Shown: positions 24,801 through 33,564, counted from the stretch's first letter. The stretch: DNA of 47,680 nucleotides from an uncultured Candidatus Saccharibacteria bacterium (GCA_964401705.1 CAYNZJ010000001.1:69648-117327), one strand, 5' to 3'. Notes: generated from the sequence alone by a model not told the origin. Translations and numbers: made by a program.

Positions 24801-25475
24801 TTATTTTTTCTTTTTAGCAACAACCTTTTTAACAGGTTTAGCTGGAGTTTTAACTGGAGCTTTTTTAACTATTGTTTTAGCTACTGGTTTTACTGTTGGT
24901 TTAGCAGATTTTTTAGCTAAAGGTTTTTCTACCGTCTTAGCTTTTGGTTTTGTAGTAGCTGGAGCTTGAGTTTTCTCTACCATTGATTTTAAAGATTCTG
25001 ATTTAACTGGAACCGCTGTTGGAAATGGAACATTTGTTACCATTTTAATTAATGAATCAAGTTTAGTATTTATCATATCAACTTGTCTTTTTAATTCATC
25101 GATTCTTTTGTCGTCACCTGCTGGTTTAGAAAATGCTGGCTTTTGGTCAAACCCACGAGATCGGTCACCACGATCCTCGTGACGAGGTTTATCAAAAGAT
25201 CTTGTATCACCGTCTCTTTTAGTTGCAAAACAGTTATTACAAAATACTGGTTTGTCTCCTGTTGGACGAAACGGAACTTCACATTTACTACTACATTCAC
25301 TACAAATTGCACTGTGCATTTGAGAGTTTGGTCGATCGAAATCTCTTCCACCACCGCGGTTACCTCCACGATCTCCACCAAAACTTCTTCCTCCTCGATC
25401 CCCACCTCCAAAACTATTTCTTGGTCGGTCATTTCCACCACCAAAACTTCTTCCTCCTTTATTAAAATCTTTCAT
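24801..25475 (-). CDS. CxxC-x17-CxxC zinc-ribbon protein with an RGG-rich N-terminus and a Lys/Pro/Ala-rich tail
   Basis: 224 aa. GGRSFGGG/DRGG repeats, CSECSSKCEVPFRPTGDKPVFCNNC (CxxC-x17-CxxC), then a KP.AK-type basic tail. The alternative-frame ORFs in the track over this region are repeat artefacts. Confidence 0.7.
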   Translation of the reverse strand: MKDFNKGGRSFGGGNDRPRNSFGGGDRGGRSFGGDRGGNRGGGRDFDRPNSQMHSAICSECSSKCEVPFRPTGDKPVFCNNCFATKRDGDTRSFDKPRHEDRGDRSRGFDQKPAFSKPAGDDKRIDELKRQVDMINTKLDSLIKMVTNVPFPTAVPVKSESLKSMVEKTQAPATTKPKAKTVEKPLAKKSAKPTVKPVAKTIVKKAPVKTPAKPVKKVVAKKKK

Positions 25476-25483
25476 ATAGAAAA

Positions 25484-25512
25484 ATTATAGCATTTAAAAT
25501 TAAAAAAGTCAA
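25484..25512 (-). promoter_or_regulatory. consensus promoter TTGACT-N17-(TGC)TATAAT, 8 nt from the ATG
   Basis: On the minus strand: TTGACT (25507-25512), 17-nt spacer, TATAAT (25484-25489), TTTTCTAT, then the ATG at 25475. Confidence 0.6.
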
Positions 25513-25562
25513 CTAAATAATACATTATTTACTTAAAACAAAATATGTGATATTATTATTTC

Positions 25563-25740
25563 TAATGAAGATATTGTTCTTTCTTAAGAACAAAAAATAC
25601 CGGAACGCTCTAGGTGTCGCCTGCTACTTTAGAGATATGCTCTTGTTTCCTAACTTGGATCGATTCAATGAAGCTTCTAGGGAAACTTGGTGACGTAGGT
25701 TCATGGGCAAATTGCTAGTCGAAAAGACTAGCTTTTTTAT
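25563..25740 (+). ncRNA. orphan plus-strand transcription unit: candidate small RNA or leaderless 42-aa ORF
   Basis: TTTACT (25528-25533), 17-nt spacer, TATTAT (25551-25556). Then a stretch of about 150 nt that is noticeably GC-richer. Strong terminator GCTAGTC-GAAAA-GACTAGC plus TTTTTT at 25714-25740. An ATG at 25565 opens a 42-codon ORF (MKILFFLKNKKYRNALGVACYFRDMLLFPNLDRFNEASRETW). Identity unknown. Confidence 0.3.
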
Positions 25741-25827
25741 TTTATTGTCTGCCCTGTTTTTATTACATGATCAACTAATGTATTTGTATATCCAAATTTA
25801 TTATATCCCCATGTCACATTCATACCA
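25737..25827 (-). pseudogene. relic duplicate of the gap 3' end
   Basis: The reverse strand reads ..WYE..MG..YTNTLVDHVIKTGQTIK*, against the intact gap C-terminus ..WYDNEMGYTNTLVDHVIKTGQSIK*. About 50 nt are near-identical (TCTGCCCTGTTTT.AT.ACATGATCAACTAATGTATTTGTATA), with decayed similarity beyond that. Confidence 0.7.
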
Positions 25828-25829
25828 AA

Positions 25830-26651
25830 TTATTTAGTAAAATCTTCCCAATTTTTAATTACAGCACCTTTACTAATATAATATTCTTCATGCTTTTTTT
25901 GCCTTTCGGAAGATTCACCAAAACCTTTAAATAAAATTATGACTTTTGAATCATTATAAATGTTCCATTGCTGAGGATCTCCAAAGAATAAACTAAAATT
26001 TTTACGCTGTTCTTTAGTAAGAGTGTCTAAAAAAAATAACACTTTTTTAACAATAGGATGATTTACAGCATTATCACCCAATAATTCTTCGCCGGGTTCA
26101 ACAATTGCGTTAATAATAAGTTTTTTATCATTATCTGACGAATTAAACACTTCCAATAAAGATTCTTTTAGTGCAATAGGAATTTCAATTTCAGAATTAT
26201 CATAAATAACTTCTGTCTTATCTTTACCAATTTCTTTTTTGTTATATTCTTTAAAAGGTTTGAGTGCTGAAAATATTTTACCAGCATTGCCTATATTTGG
26301 ATCATTGTAATCAATAATAGAATAAGCTGTCTGTCTATAGTTTCTATATTCTTGAGGAAATTTTGTAAATTGTGGATAATTCTCACCAAAATATAATTTA
26401 TTTGACTTTTGTTTAATAAAACCAGTCGATACGTTGCCTTCATTTCCAACAATTTTGTCCCACGTTCCTATATCGTCTAATATAACCTGGAGTTCTTCTT
26501 TATTATTTTCCAATAATTCTTTTTCCCCATAGGTAGCTATATAGTTACCAAATCCTTGAAATTCTGAAAGAGCTCCTTTAATAAAAAGATTTACTTCTGC
26601 TTTTTTAAATTTTTCAATATTATTTTCGAGATTTGGTTTAAATTCTTCCAT
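25830..26651 (-). CDS. hypothetical protein (273 aa), apparently inserted into the gap 3' region
   Basis: Starts 2 nt after the gap stop and ends 2 nt before the relic gap fragment. No motif that I recognise. Confidence 0.6.
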   Translation of the reverse strand: MEEFKPNLENNIEKFKKAEVNLFIKGALSEFQGFGNYIATYGEKELLENNKEELQVILDDIGTWDKIVGNEGNVSTGFIKQKSNKLYFGENYPQFTKFPQEYRNYRQTAYSIIDYNDPNIGNAGKIFSALKPFKEYNKKEIGKDKTEVIYDNSEIEIPIALKESLLEVFNSSDNDKKLIINAIVEPGEELLGDNAVNHPIVKKVLFFLDTLTKEQRKNFSLFFGDPQQWNIYNDSKVIILFKGFGESSERQKKHEEYYISKGAVIKNWEDFTK

Positions 26652-26653
26652 AG

Positions 26654-27709
26654 CTATTTAATACTCTGCCCTGTTTTAATCACATGATCAACTAATGTAT
26701 TTGTATACCCCATTTCGTTGTCATACCATGCAAGGACTTTTACCAAATTACCACCAACAACGCGAGTCATTTCAAGGTCAGCAATTGATGCATGAGAGTT
26801 ACCCAAGATATCGCTAGATACTAACGGCTGTGTTGTAACTGCAAAAACATTTGACCATACTGGTGAAGATGCAGCATCGGTAAGGATTTTATTTACCTCT
26901 TCTACTGTTGTTGGACGCTTGGCAATAAAAGTAATGTCCGCAATTGACCCCGCTGGTACTGGCACACGCAGTGATATACCATCAAATAAATCAGTTAATT
27001 CCGGATAAGCTTTAGTAACAGCAATTGCTGCCCCGGTTGAAGATGGCACAATATTTTGCGCAGCAGCGCGACCCTCACGGAAATCTTTTTTATTTGGACC
27101 ATCAACTATGCCTTGGGATGCAGTGTATCCATGAGTAGTAGATAAAATTGCCTTTTCAATACCAATAGTAGAATTTAAAATTCCAATTACAGGACTTGCG
27201 GCATTTGTAGTACAAGATGCATTACTAGTAACATCACATGTGCCAAATTTATTTTCATTAACGCTCATTAAAATAGTTTCGCCTAGTATTGTAGTATCTT
27301 CCCCAGCTTTAGCAGGAGCAGAAATTACAACTTTTTTAGCACCGGCTTTGATATGAATATTGGCTTTATCATATGCAGTAAAAAGACCAGTTGATTCTAC
27401 CACAACATCAATTCCTAATTGCCCCCATGGTAATTCCATTGGATCTTTTTTAGCATAGACTGCAATTTTTTTACCATCAATAATAATTTCCCCCGGAATA
27501 ATTCCGTCAGTAGATGCTGTCCCAGATACATCATGATTCCAAGTACGGTAAACAGTATCGTATTTTAATAAATACGCCATATTAGCAACATCACCCAAAT
27601 CATTAACCGCAACTATTTCAATCTCTGGCCGGTCCCATGCTATTTTTGCAAATGCACGCCCAATCCGCCCAAAACCATTTATCGCAACCCTTATTTTCTT
27701 ATTTTCCAT
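26654..27709 (-). CDS. gap: glyceraldehyde-3-phosphate dehydrogenase (type I)
   Basis: 351 aa. INGFGRIGR, SNASCTTN (catalytic Cys), WYDNEMGY. Confidence 0.95.
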   Translation of the reverse strand: MENKKIRVAINGFGRIGRAFAKIAWDRPEIEIVAVNDLGDVANMAYLLKYDTVYRTWNHDVSGTASTDGIIPGEIIIDGKKIAVYAKKDPMELPWGQLGIDVVVESTGLFTAYDKANIHIKAGAKKVVISAPAKAGEDTTILGETILMSVNENKFGTCDVTSNASCTTNAASPVIGILNSTIGIEKAILSTTHGYTASQGIVDGPNKKDFREGRAAAQNIVPSSTGAAIAVTKAYPELTDLFDGISLRVPVPAGSIADITFIAKRPTTVEEVNKILTDAASSPVWSNVFAVTTQPLVSSDILGNSHASIADLEMTRVVGGNLVKVLAWYDNEMGYTNTLVDHVIKTGQSIK

Positions 27710-27727
27710 ATGGGACTATTATATCAT

Positions 27728-27955
27728 TTATTCCCCTAGATATTCAAACCGAGGACCAGAATAACTATCTATTTCTATATGGTCAAAAAACATAGCTTCT
27801 GGACGTGCATAAATCCGCCAACCAGTGTGGGCAATATCGGTTTGTCTTTCATAAACAATTAAAGGTTCCCCATTCTCGCTATGTCTAGCAAGGGTAATAA
27901 TTTTATAAGTATCACCTTTATAATGTTTATATAATTGCCCAGGTTTTATTTCCAT
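27728..27955 (-). CDS. DUF1653-like small protein
   Basis: 75 aa. YKHYKGDTYKIITLARHSE...LIVYE...W.RP..MF fits the DUF1653 pattern as I remember it. Confidence 0.6.
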   Translation of the reverse strand: MEIKPGQLYKHYKGDTYKIITLARHSENGEPLIVYERQTDIAHTGWRIYARPEAMFFDHIEIDSYSGPRFEYLGE

Positions 27956-28056
27956 AGTTATTTTTTAACTACCTTTTTTGGTTTTTTTACTTCTTTTCTT
28001 TGTCTATTATCACCTTTTCCCATAAATAAATTTAGATTAAATTAATAATTTAACGA

Positions 28057-29505
28057 CTATTTGAGTAACTCTACTAATACTTCTTTTGCTATCTGAGGAT
28101 TTGCGCTACCGTTAGACTCTTTCATTATTTTACCAACTAGTGACATTATAGCGTTTTCTTTACCGGATTTATAAGACGCGACAACTTCTGGATTTTCATT
28201 AATCAATTTTTGAGCTAGATTTTTTAAAAAGTCTGGATCATTCTTTTGAATCAAATCATGTTCTATTGCATAATCCCGAGGATTAGTTGGAGTCTTTACC
28301 ATTACAGCTAAAATATCTTTAACCCCGCGACTAGATAATTCGCCATCTTTAGCCATCTTCATTAATTCTCCAAAATCATTAGGAGTTGGGAGTAATGCAT
28401 CCTTGTCGGCCTTCATAATACCCGCCAAGTCGGACGTAATATAGTTAGCAATTGTTTGTGCAAGACTATTGTCATCAACTTGTTTAGTTATGGCTTCAAA
28501 ATAATCTGCCATTACTATATCGTTTACAAAAACTTCAACATCACTATCTTTAATCCCAAAATCTTTAATAAATCTTTCTCTTTTATTCCATGGTAATTCT
28601 GGTAAATTATTTTTTACATCATCCAAATCATACATTGAATGTAAATAAAGTTTAGGTAAATCTGGTTCAGGGAAATATCGATAGTCTTCAGCGTTTTCTT
28701 TGCTACGTTGAGATACTGTCATTTGTTTGTTTTCATCCCAACCACGAGTTTCTTTAATGATTTCATCTTGCCTACCATTTTCCCACAAATCGGTCATTCT
28801 TTTTATTTCATATTCGGCAGCCTTTTTAGCTGATTGAAAAGAATTAATGTTTTTAACTTCTACATATTTTTTATTTGGCTTACCAGGATCCGGCGAAACC
28901 GATACATTAACCTCGACTCGCATTTGCCCCATTTCCATATTAGCATCACTGGCTCCTAAATAACGAAGCAGAAGCTGTAATTCTTTTGCAAAAATTACAA
29001 TTTGTTCAGTATCTTTAATCACAGGTTCGGTTACTAATTCCATTAGTGGTACCCCAGCCCGATTGTAGTTAATTAAAGAATGATTACCTTTGTCATGCAT
29101 TGACGTTGCGGTATCTTCTTCTAAATGAATCCGTGTAATGTCAACTCCAGCTAATTTACCACCAGAAACTATTGGGAATTTGTATTGTGATATTTGATAA
29201 GCTTTTGGAATATCAGGATAAAAATAATTTTTGCGATCAAATTCTGTAAAGTCAGCAATATCAGCCCCAATAGCAAGACCAATACGCACCATATGGTCAA
29301 CGGCAGATTTATTAAGACTAGGCAAAGCCCCAGGCTGAGCACTACAAATAGCACAAATATTTGTATTGGGTTTTTCCTCTAAAGAGGATTCATTTAAATT
29401 GCTTGAAATATTTTTACACCCGCAAAAAGCTTTTGTGTTTGTTTTTAGCTCGGCATGGATTTCCAGACCCATTGTAACGTAGTATGGTCGTTTTGTGTCA
29501 TTCAT
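28057..29505 (-). CDS. gatB: Asp-tRNA(Asn)/Glu-tRNA(Gln) amidotransferase subunit B
   Basis: 482 aa. GLEIHAEL, NRAGVPLMELVTEP, VEVNVS, the YF.EPDLP motif and a GatB/YqeY C-terminal domain. TGCTATACT lies 6 nt upstream of the ATG. Confidence 0.95.
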   Translation of the reverse strand: MNDTKRPYYVTMGLEIHAELKTNTKAFCGCKNISSNLNESSLEEKPNTNICAICSAQPGALPSLNKSAVDHMVRIGLAIGADIADFTEFDRKNYFYPDIPKAYQISQYKFPIVSGGKLAGVDITRIHLEEDTATSMHDKGNHSLINYNRAGVPLMELVTEPVIKDTEQIVIFAKELQLLLRYLGASDANMEMGQMRVEVNVSVSPDPGKPNKKYVEVKNINSFQSAKKAAEYEIKRMTDLWENGRQDEIIKETRGWDENKQMTVSQRSKENAEDYRYFPEPDLPKLYLHSMYDLDDVKNNLPELPWNKRERFIKDFGIKDSDVEVFVNDIVMADYFEAITKQVDDNSLAQTIANYITSDLAGIMKADKDALLPTPNDFGELMKMAKDGELSSRGVKDILAVMVKTPTNPRDYAIEHDLIQKNDPDFLKNLAQKLINENPEVVASYKSGKENAIMSLVGKIMKESNGSANPQIAKEVLVELLK

Positions 29506-29525
29506 AAAATGAGTATAGCAGAAAT

Positions 29526-30503
29526 TTAATTATTTTTTAATTCTTTAATCAAAGCATCACTAAACTTTTTTACAGAATCATCGTTATATAAAGACATTGT
29601 GTATATATTTTTTTTAGTGAATTTTTCAAGATCTTTTATTTTTTTAGATAAATCTTTTTCATCTATCATGTCTGATTTAGATAAAACAATTATTTCATTT
29701 TTATTTTCCAAGCCTTCACCATAGCTGAATAATTCATTTCGAATAGTTTTATAACTTTCTACAACATCAGAATTCTCAACAGAGATTAAATGTACAATGG
29801 CTTTGGTTCTAGAGATATGTTTTAAAAATTTAAAACCAAGACCACGTCCAGTATTTGCTCCTTCGATAATTCCCGGAATATCCGCCAAAATAAAACCATG
29901 GTATACACCCAAATGTGGATCAAGTGTTGTAAAATCATAATTACCTACTTTTGACTTAGCATTAGTTAAAATATTTAAAAGACTTGATTTACCAGCATTA
30001 GGGTAACCAACCAGCCCAATATCGGCTATCATTTTAAGCTCAACATAAAAATCAGATTCTTCACCATCCTTACCGGCAGTAGCTTCAAGAGGAGCAACAT
30101 TTAAAGAGCTTTTAAAGTGTTCATTACCATAGCCACCCTTACCCCCAGCTAATATCATAAACTGGTCTTCATCTTTTAAGATTTCAAAAACTTCCCCAGT
30201 TTTTAAATTTGTAACAACAGACCCAATAGGAAGAGCAATTTCTACATCTTTACCATTTGCTCCGTGTTTACTTTGGCCTTGGCCATTAGCCCCATTACCA
30301 GCTATAAATTTTTTCTGAGATTTTTTATATGTTCCAAGTAAATTAGTGTCCCGAGATGCAACAATATAAACATTACCGCCCCAACCACCATCACCACCAT
30401 TAGGACCACCATGACTGATAAATTTTTCATGGCGCCATCTAACAACCCCGTCCCCACCATTACCGGCTTTTGCACTAAATTTTAATTCATCAGTTAAGGC
30501 CAT
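29526..30503 (-). CDS. obg: GTPase Obg/CgtA
   Basis: 325 aa. Gly-rich Obg fold (KAGNGGDG, GGDGG), then G1 GYPNAGKSSLL, DIPG and SKSD. Confidence 0.9.
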   Translation of the reverse strand: MALTDELKFSAKAGNGGDGVVRWRHEKFISHGGPNGGDGGWGGNVYIVASRDTNLLGTYKKSQKKFIAGNGANGQGQSKHGANGKDVEIALPIGSVVTNLKTGEVFEILKDEDQFMILAGGKGGYGNEHFKSSLNVAPLEATAGKDGEESDFYVELKMIADIGLVGYPNAGKSSLLNILTNAKSKVGNYDFTTLDPHLGVYHGFILADIPGIIEGANTGRGLGFKFLKHISRTKAIVHLISVENSDVVESYKTIRNELFSYGEGLENKNEIIVLSKSDMIDEKDLSKKIKDLEKFTKKNIYTMSLYNDDSVKKFSDALIKELKNN

Positions 30504-30511
30504 ATTGTTTA

Positions 30512-31372
30512 TTAGTTAATTCCATTAATTTTTGTAACAAAAGGTAAAGGATGATCGTTTGATGCTACCGCAAAACCACTTGCATTGTGATGCCCTCCGC
30601 CACCATATTTTTGAGCAATCAAAGAAACATCAACCTTACCAGCTGAACGCAAAGAACATTTCCATAATCCTTCAGAATAATAATAAATCAAACTAAAGGA
30701 ATCTGTTTTTTCGGCAAGAATATGACCTAAATCACTAGCAACTCTCTCACTAGCATTTGATATATAAATTTCATAACCTTCAAATATTACTTTTTCAGCT
30801 CTTTCTGCATAATATTTTACAGTATCTGTATGGACTTTTAATAACAAATTACCATAATCAATTATTTTTTCTATTCCAGAAACTTTGTTTAAATCTGCCT
30901 CTAAATTAACAAACTCTTCAAAAAGAAAATCAACAGAACTTATATATCGTAAAATTATCTTTGAATTAGAAAGTAAAAATTTATACAAATCACTATCTTC
31001 GACATAATCAACTAATTTGTTTTCCATTTCTGGGAAAAAATATTTCATAGCTAAATAAGCCCCGCTATGATTATTATCAAAAACATAATTATCTAATGAT
31101 TTTACATCATTTTCAGCAGAAACATGATGATCAATAACCACTAATTTTTTTGCTTTTTCTTGTAAAGACAGCATTACATCTAATGGGTAGGAATAATCAA
31201 TAATATAGACTTCTTTACCTTCTAAATCTGGTGGTGGATTTTGTCTATCAGTAGCTCCAAAATAAGTTGCATTATCCCCAAACTTTTTCCAAGCAATATA
31301 AGATGAAGTAAAACCATCAAGACAATTCCCGTGGTAAATCACAACTATTTCTTTTTTGTTTATATCATCCAT
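30512..31372 (-). CDS. DHH/DHHA1-family phosphoesterase (NrnA-like)
   Basis: 286 aa. HGNCLDG, VVIDHH, and the C-terminal GGGGHHNASGF DHHA1 motif. Confidence 0.75.
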   Translation of the reverse strand: MDDINKKEIVVIYHGNCLDGFTSSYIAWKKFGDNATYFGATDRQNPPPDLEGKEVYIIDYSYPLDVMLSLQEKAKKLVVIDHHVSAENDVKSLDNYVFDNNHSGAYLAMKYFFPEMENKLVDYVEDSDLYKFLLSNSKIILRYISSVDFLFEEFVNLEADLNKVSGIEKIIDYGNLLLKVHTDTVKYYAERAEKVIFEGYEIYISNASERVASDLGHILAEKTDSFSLIYYYSEGLWKCSLRSAGKVDVSLIAQKYGGGGHHNASGFAVASNDHPLPFVTKINGIN

Positions 31373-31373
31373 T

Positions 31374-31715
31374 TTAACTAACCATTCTATTGTTAAACCA
31401 AGCCAATACAGATAAAATAACTGATCCCAAAATAGCAGCAGTAATATTAGATATTACAAACCCATCAATTAAACTCCCTAAGAACCACAAACTAAAAATA
31501 TTCAAAATCAAAGCAATAATAGTTAATGAAATTAGATTAACAGGTATATGAAAAGCTACACAAATTGGTTTTATTAAAACATGAATTATTGTTAAAAATA
31601 TAGCAACTAACCCAGCTGTAATAGCAGTATCAATACTTGCACCACTAACAAAATGCGCTAATGCTCCAACAGCTAAAAGTATAGTAAACCAATGATAAAT
31701 TAATTTTAATACCAT
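31374..31715 (-). CDS. small 4-TM membrane protein (YvlD/phage-holin-4-like family)
   Basis: 113 aa. The hydrophobic pattern and the ...LIDGF.I....AILGS.ILS...W segment resemble the YvlD/DUF360 family. Confidence 0.45.
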   Translation of the reverse strand: MVLKLIYHWFTILLAVGALAHFVSGASIDTAITAGLVAIFLTIIHVLIKPICVAFHIPVNLISLTIIALILNIFSLWFLGSLIDGFVISNITAAILGSVILSVLAWFNNRMVS

Positions 31716-31720
31716 AATAA

Positions 31721-32179
31721 TTAATTAAATAAATCTTCAACGACATTTTTAATAACAGTACCATCGCCTTTGTCTCCTAATTCTTTTTTAACAGCACCAA
31801 TAAGCATTCCCATTTTTGATTTGTCTGTGATACCCATTTGTTCTTTAAGTAAAATAGAAACTTTTTTAACTTCTTCAATACTTGCCATAGCTGGTGCAAA
31901 TTCACGTAAAACTGCTAATTGTAGAGTGTCCTCGTCTGCTAAATCTTGTCTACCTGCAGATTGGAATTGTGAAATAGCATCTTCACGTTGTTTAATAGTC
32001 CGAAGAACCACCTTGCCACAATTAACATCATCCAAAACATCCTGAGGAGTCTTACCAGTAGCTACAAGCTCGTTAGTAAAGGCTGTAATAAGCCCCCGAA
32101 TAACATTAAGACGCACAGTGTCTTTGGCCCGCATTGCATCTTTTAGTTGTTCTTTAATAGATATATGTAGATTTGTCAT
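31721..32179 (-). CDS. yqeY: GatB/YqeY-domain protein
   Basis: 152 aa. LKDAMRAKD..RLNVIRGL, RQREDAI..F..AGR.DLA..E typical of YqeY. TGCTATACT lies 7 nt upstream of the ATG. Confidence 0.8.
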   Translation of the reverse strand: MTNLHISIKEQLKDAMRAKDTVRLNVIRGLITAFTNELVATGKTPQDVLDDVNCGKVVLRTIKQREDAISQFQSAGRQDLADEDTLQLAVLREFAPAMASIEEVKKVSILLKEQMGITDKSKMGMLIGAVKKELGDKGDGTVIKNVVEDLFN

Positions 32180-32290
32180 ATATTGTAGTATAGCAAATAG
32201 TCCATTTATAAGCTAGAAATCCCCCAACCGGAAGCTAGGCTTGTGGCGGTTAGTAGAGAGTATGATATCCGTGCTATACTATAAAATAGT

Positions 32291-33022
32291 ATGAATTATG
32301 TAAAGATTTTTTTTGATACCGAGACAACTGGCAATACAGATAAAGACTATTTATGTCAAATTGCGTGGAAAAAAGCAGGCGATAATGAAATAATCGAGGG
32401 GCTTTTTAAACCCCCAGTGCCTATGTCTATCGAATCTATGGCGGTATGTCATATCACAAACAAAATGCTCGAAAACAAAGAGCCTTTTTCTGGTAGTAAT
32501 TTATGGAATGAATTTAATACCCTAAACGAAGACAAAAAGAATGTCTTCATTGCTCATAATGCAAAATTTGATATTGGAATGATGCGTAGAGAAAATATTG
32601 AAATAACTCAATATATCGATACCTTAAAAATTGCAAGATTTGTTGATAGAGATGGGTTAATACCTAAATACAATTTACAGTATTTAAGATACTACTATGA
32701 AATCGAAGTTGATGCTGTGGCTCATGATGCCCGTGGAGATATTATTATTCTAGAAGCCGTCTTTGAATTTCTTTCACGAAAATTAAGTGAAATGACTGGT
32801 TATACGGGAGACGAATTAATCCAAAGAATGATAAATATTTCATATGAACCATTTTTAATGACAAATTTTAGTTTTGGTAAATACAATGGCAAAACAATTG
32901 AAGAAGTTAGTAAAATTGATCCTGGGTATTTACGCTGGTTACTGGAACAAAAAGAATCAGCAAATACCGATACCGAGGAAGACTGGATTTATACTTTAAA
33001 ATTTTATCTAGGCAAACTATAA
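32291..33022 (+). CDS. DEDDh 3'-5' exonuclease (ExoX/DnaQ-like) with a DUF3820-like C-terminal domain
   Basis: 243 aa. FFDTETTG (Exo I), AHNAKFD (Exo II), HDARGD (Exo III). C-terminal FGKYNGKTIEEV...DPGYLRWLL. Confidence 0.75.
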   Translation: MNYVKIFFDTETTGNTDKDYLCQIAWKKAGDNEIIEGLFKPPVPMSIESMAVCHITNKMLENKEPFSGSNLWNEFNTLNEDKKNVFIAHNAKFDIGMMRRENIEITQYIDTLKIARFVDRDGLIPKYNLQYLRYYYEIEVDAVAHDARGDIIILEAVFEFLSRKLSEMTGYTGDELIQRMINISYEPFLMTNFSFGKYNGKTIEEVSKIDPGYLRWLLEQKESANTDTEEDWIYTLKFYLGKL

Positions 33023-33056
33023 AAACAAAATCCAGATAAATCTGGATTTTGTTTTT
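33023..33056. terminator. bidirectional rho-independent terminator
   Basis: AAAATCCAGA-TAAA-TCTGGATTTT flanked by A and T runs, between convergent genes. Confidence 0.7.
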
Positions 33057-33069
33057 ATAGTTTTTTATT

Positions 33070-33522
33070 TTAACAATTAGTTACCCAATATGAACACATA
33101 TTATTGTTTATAGGCACTCCGATTGTACGTACAGGATTATATTCATTATAATATCCACCACCATTATAAGTATTGGACATTAAATTGTTTGAATAATAAC
33201 CAGTATACGGGTTATATGAATTATAATAATTCATACCATTATTAGGATAATAATATGTTCCACCACATGGATACCCAGAAGTAAAACAATTTATTGGAGT
33301 ATTATAATAATTATTATATCTATTATTATACCCAGTATTACCATAATAAGAATTACTGTAATTATTATACGGGTTATACGAATTATAACCATATGAACTA
33401 TAATTACTTGACCCAAAACCAAAGCTTAAATTAATAGCAGCATCCGCTTTAGGTATTGCCCCGAAAAACATTACGAAGACAAAAATAGTTAAAATCGAAA
33501 ATTTAATCATATAATTTTTCAT
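33070..33522 (-). CDS. secreted Tyr/Asn/Gly-rich low-complexity protein
   Basis: 150 aa. Signal peptide ...GAIPKADAA, then NYSSYGYNSYNPYNNYSNSYYGNTGYNN... with four Cys. Confidence 0.55.
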   Translation of the reverse strand: MKNYMIKFSILTIFVFVMFFGAIPKADAAINLSFGFGSSNYSSYGYNSYNPYNNYSNSYYGNTGYNNRYNNYYNTPINCFTSGYPCGGTYYYPNNGMNYYNSYNPYTGYYSNNLMSNTYNGGGYYNEYNPVRTIGVPINNNMCSYWVTNC

Positions 33523-33564
33523 AGCTACATTATATCATAATATACAATGGATTGTCAATAGGAA

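Noticed and set aside
25091-25490. Three overlapping alternative-frame ORFs (117, 115 and 80 aa) over the CxxC-protein gene.
   Set aside because: They are generated by the RGG/GGD repeat DNA. Only the 224-aa frame contains the CxxC-x17-CxxC ribbon and has the consensus promoter.
27958-28023. 21-codon basic mini-ORF (MGKGDNRQRKEVKKPKKVVKK*) between gatB and the DUF1653 gene.
   Set aside because: It is plausibly real because it is tightly packed in the operon and strongly basic. But it is too short to support from sequence alone and has no recognisable family. It needs conservation or Ribo-seq evidence.
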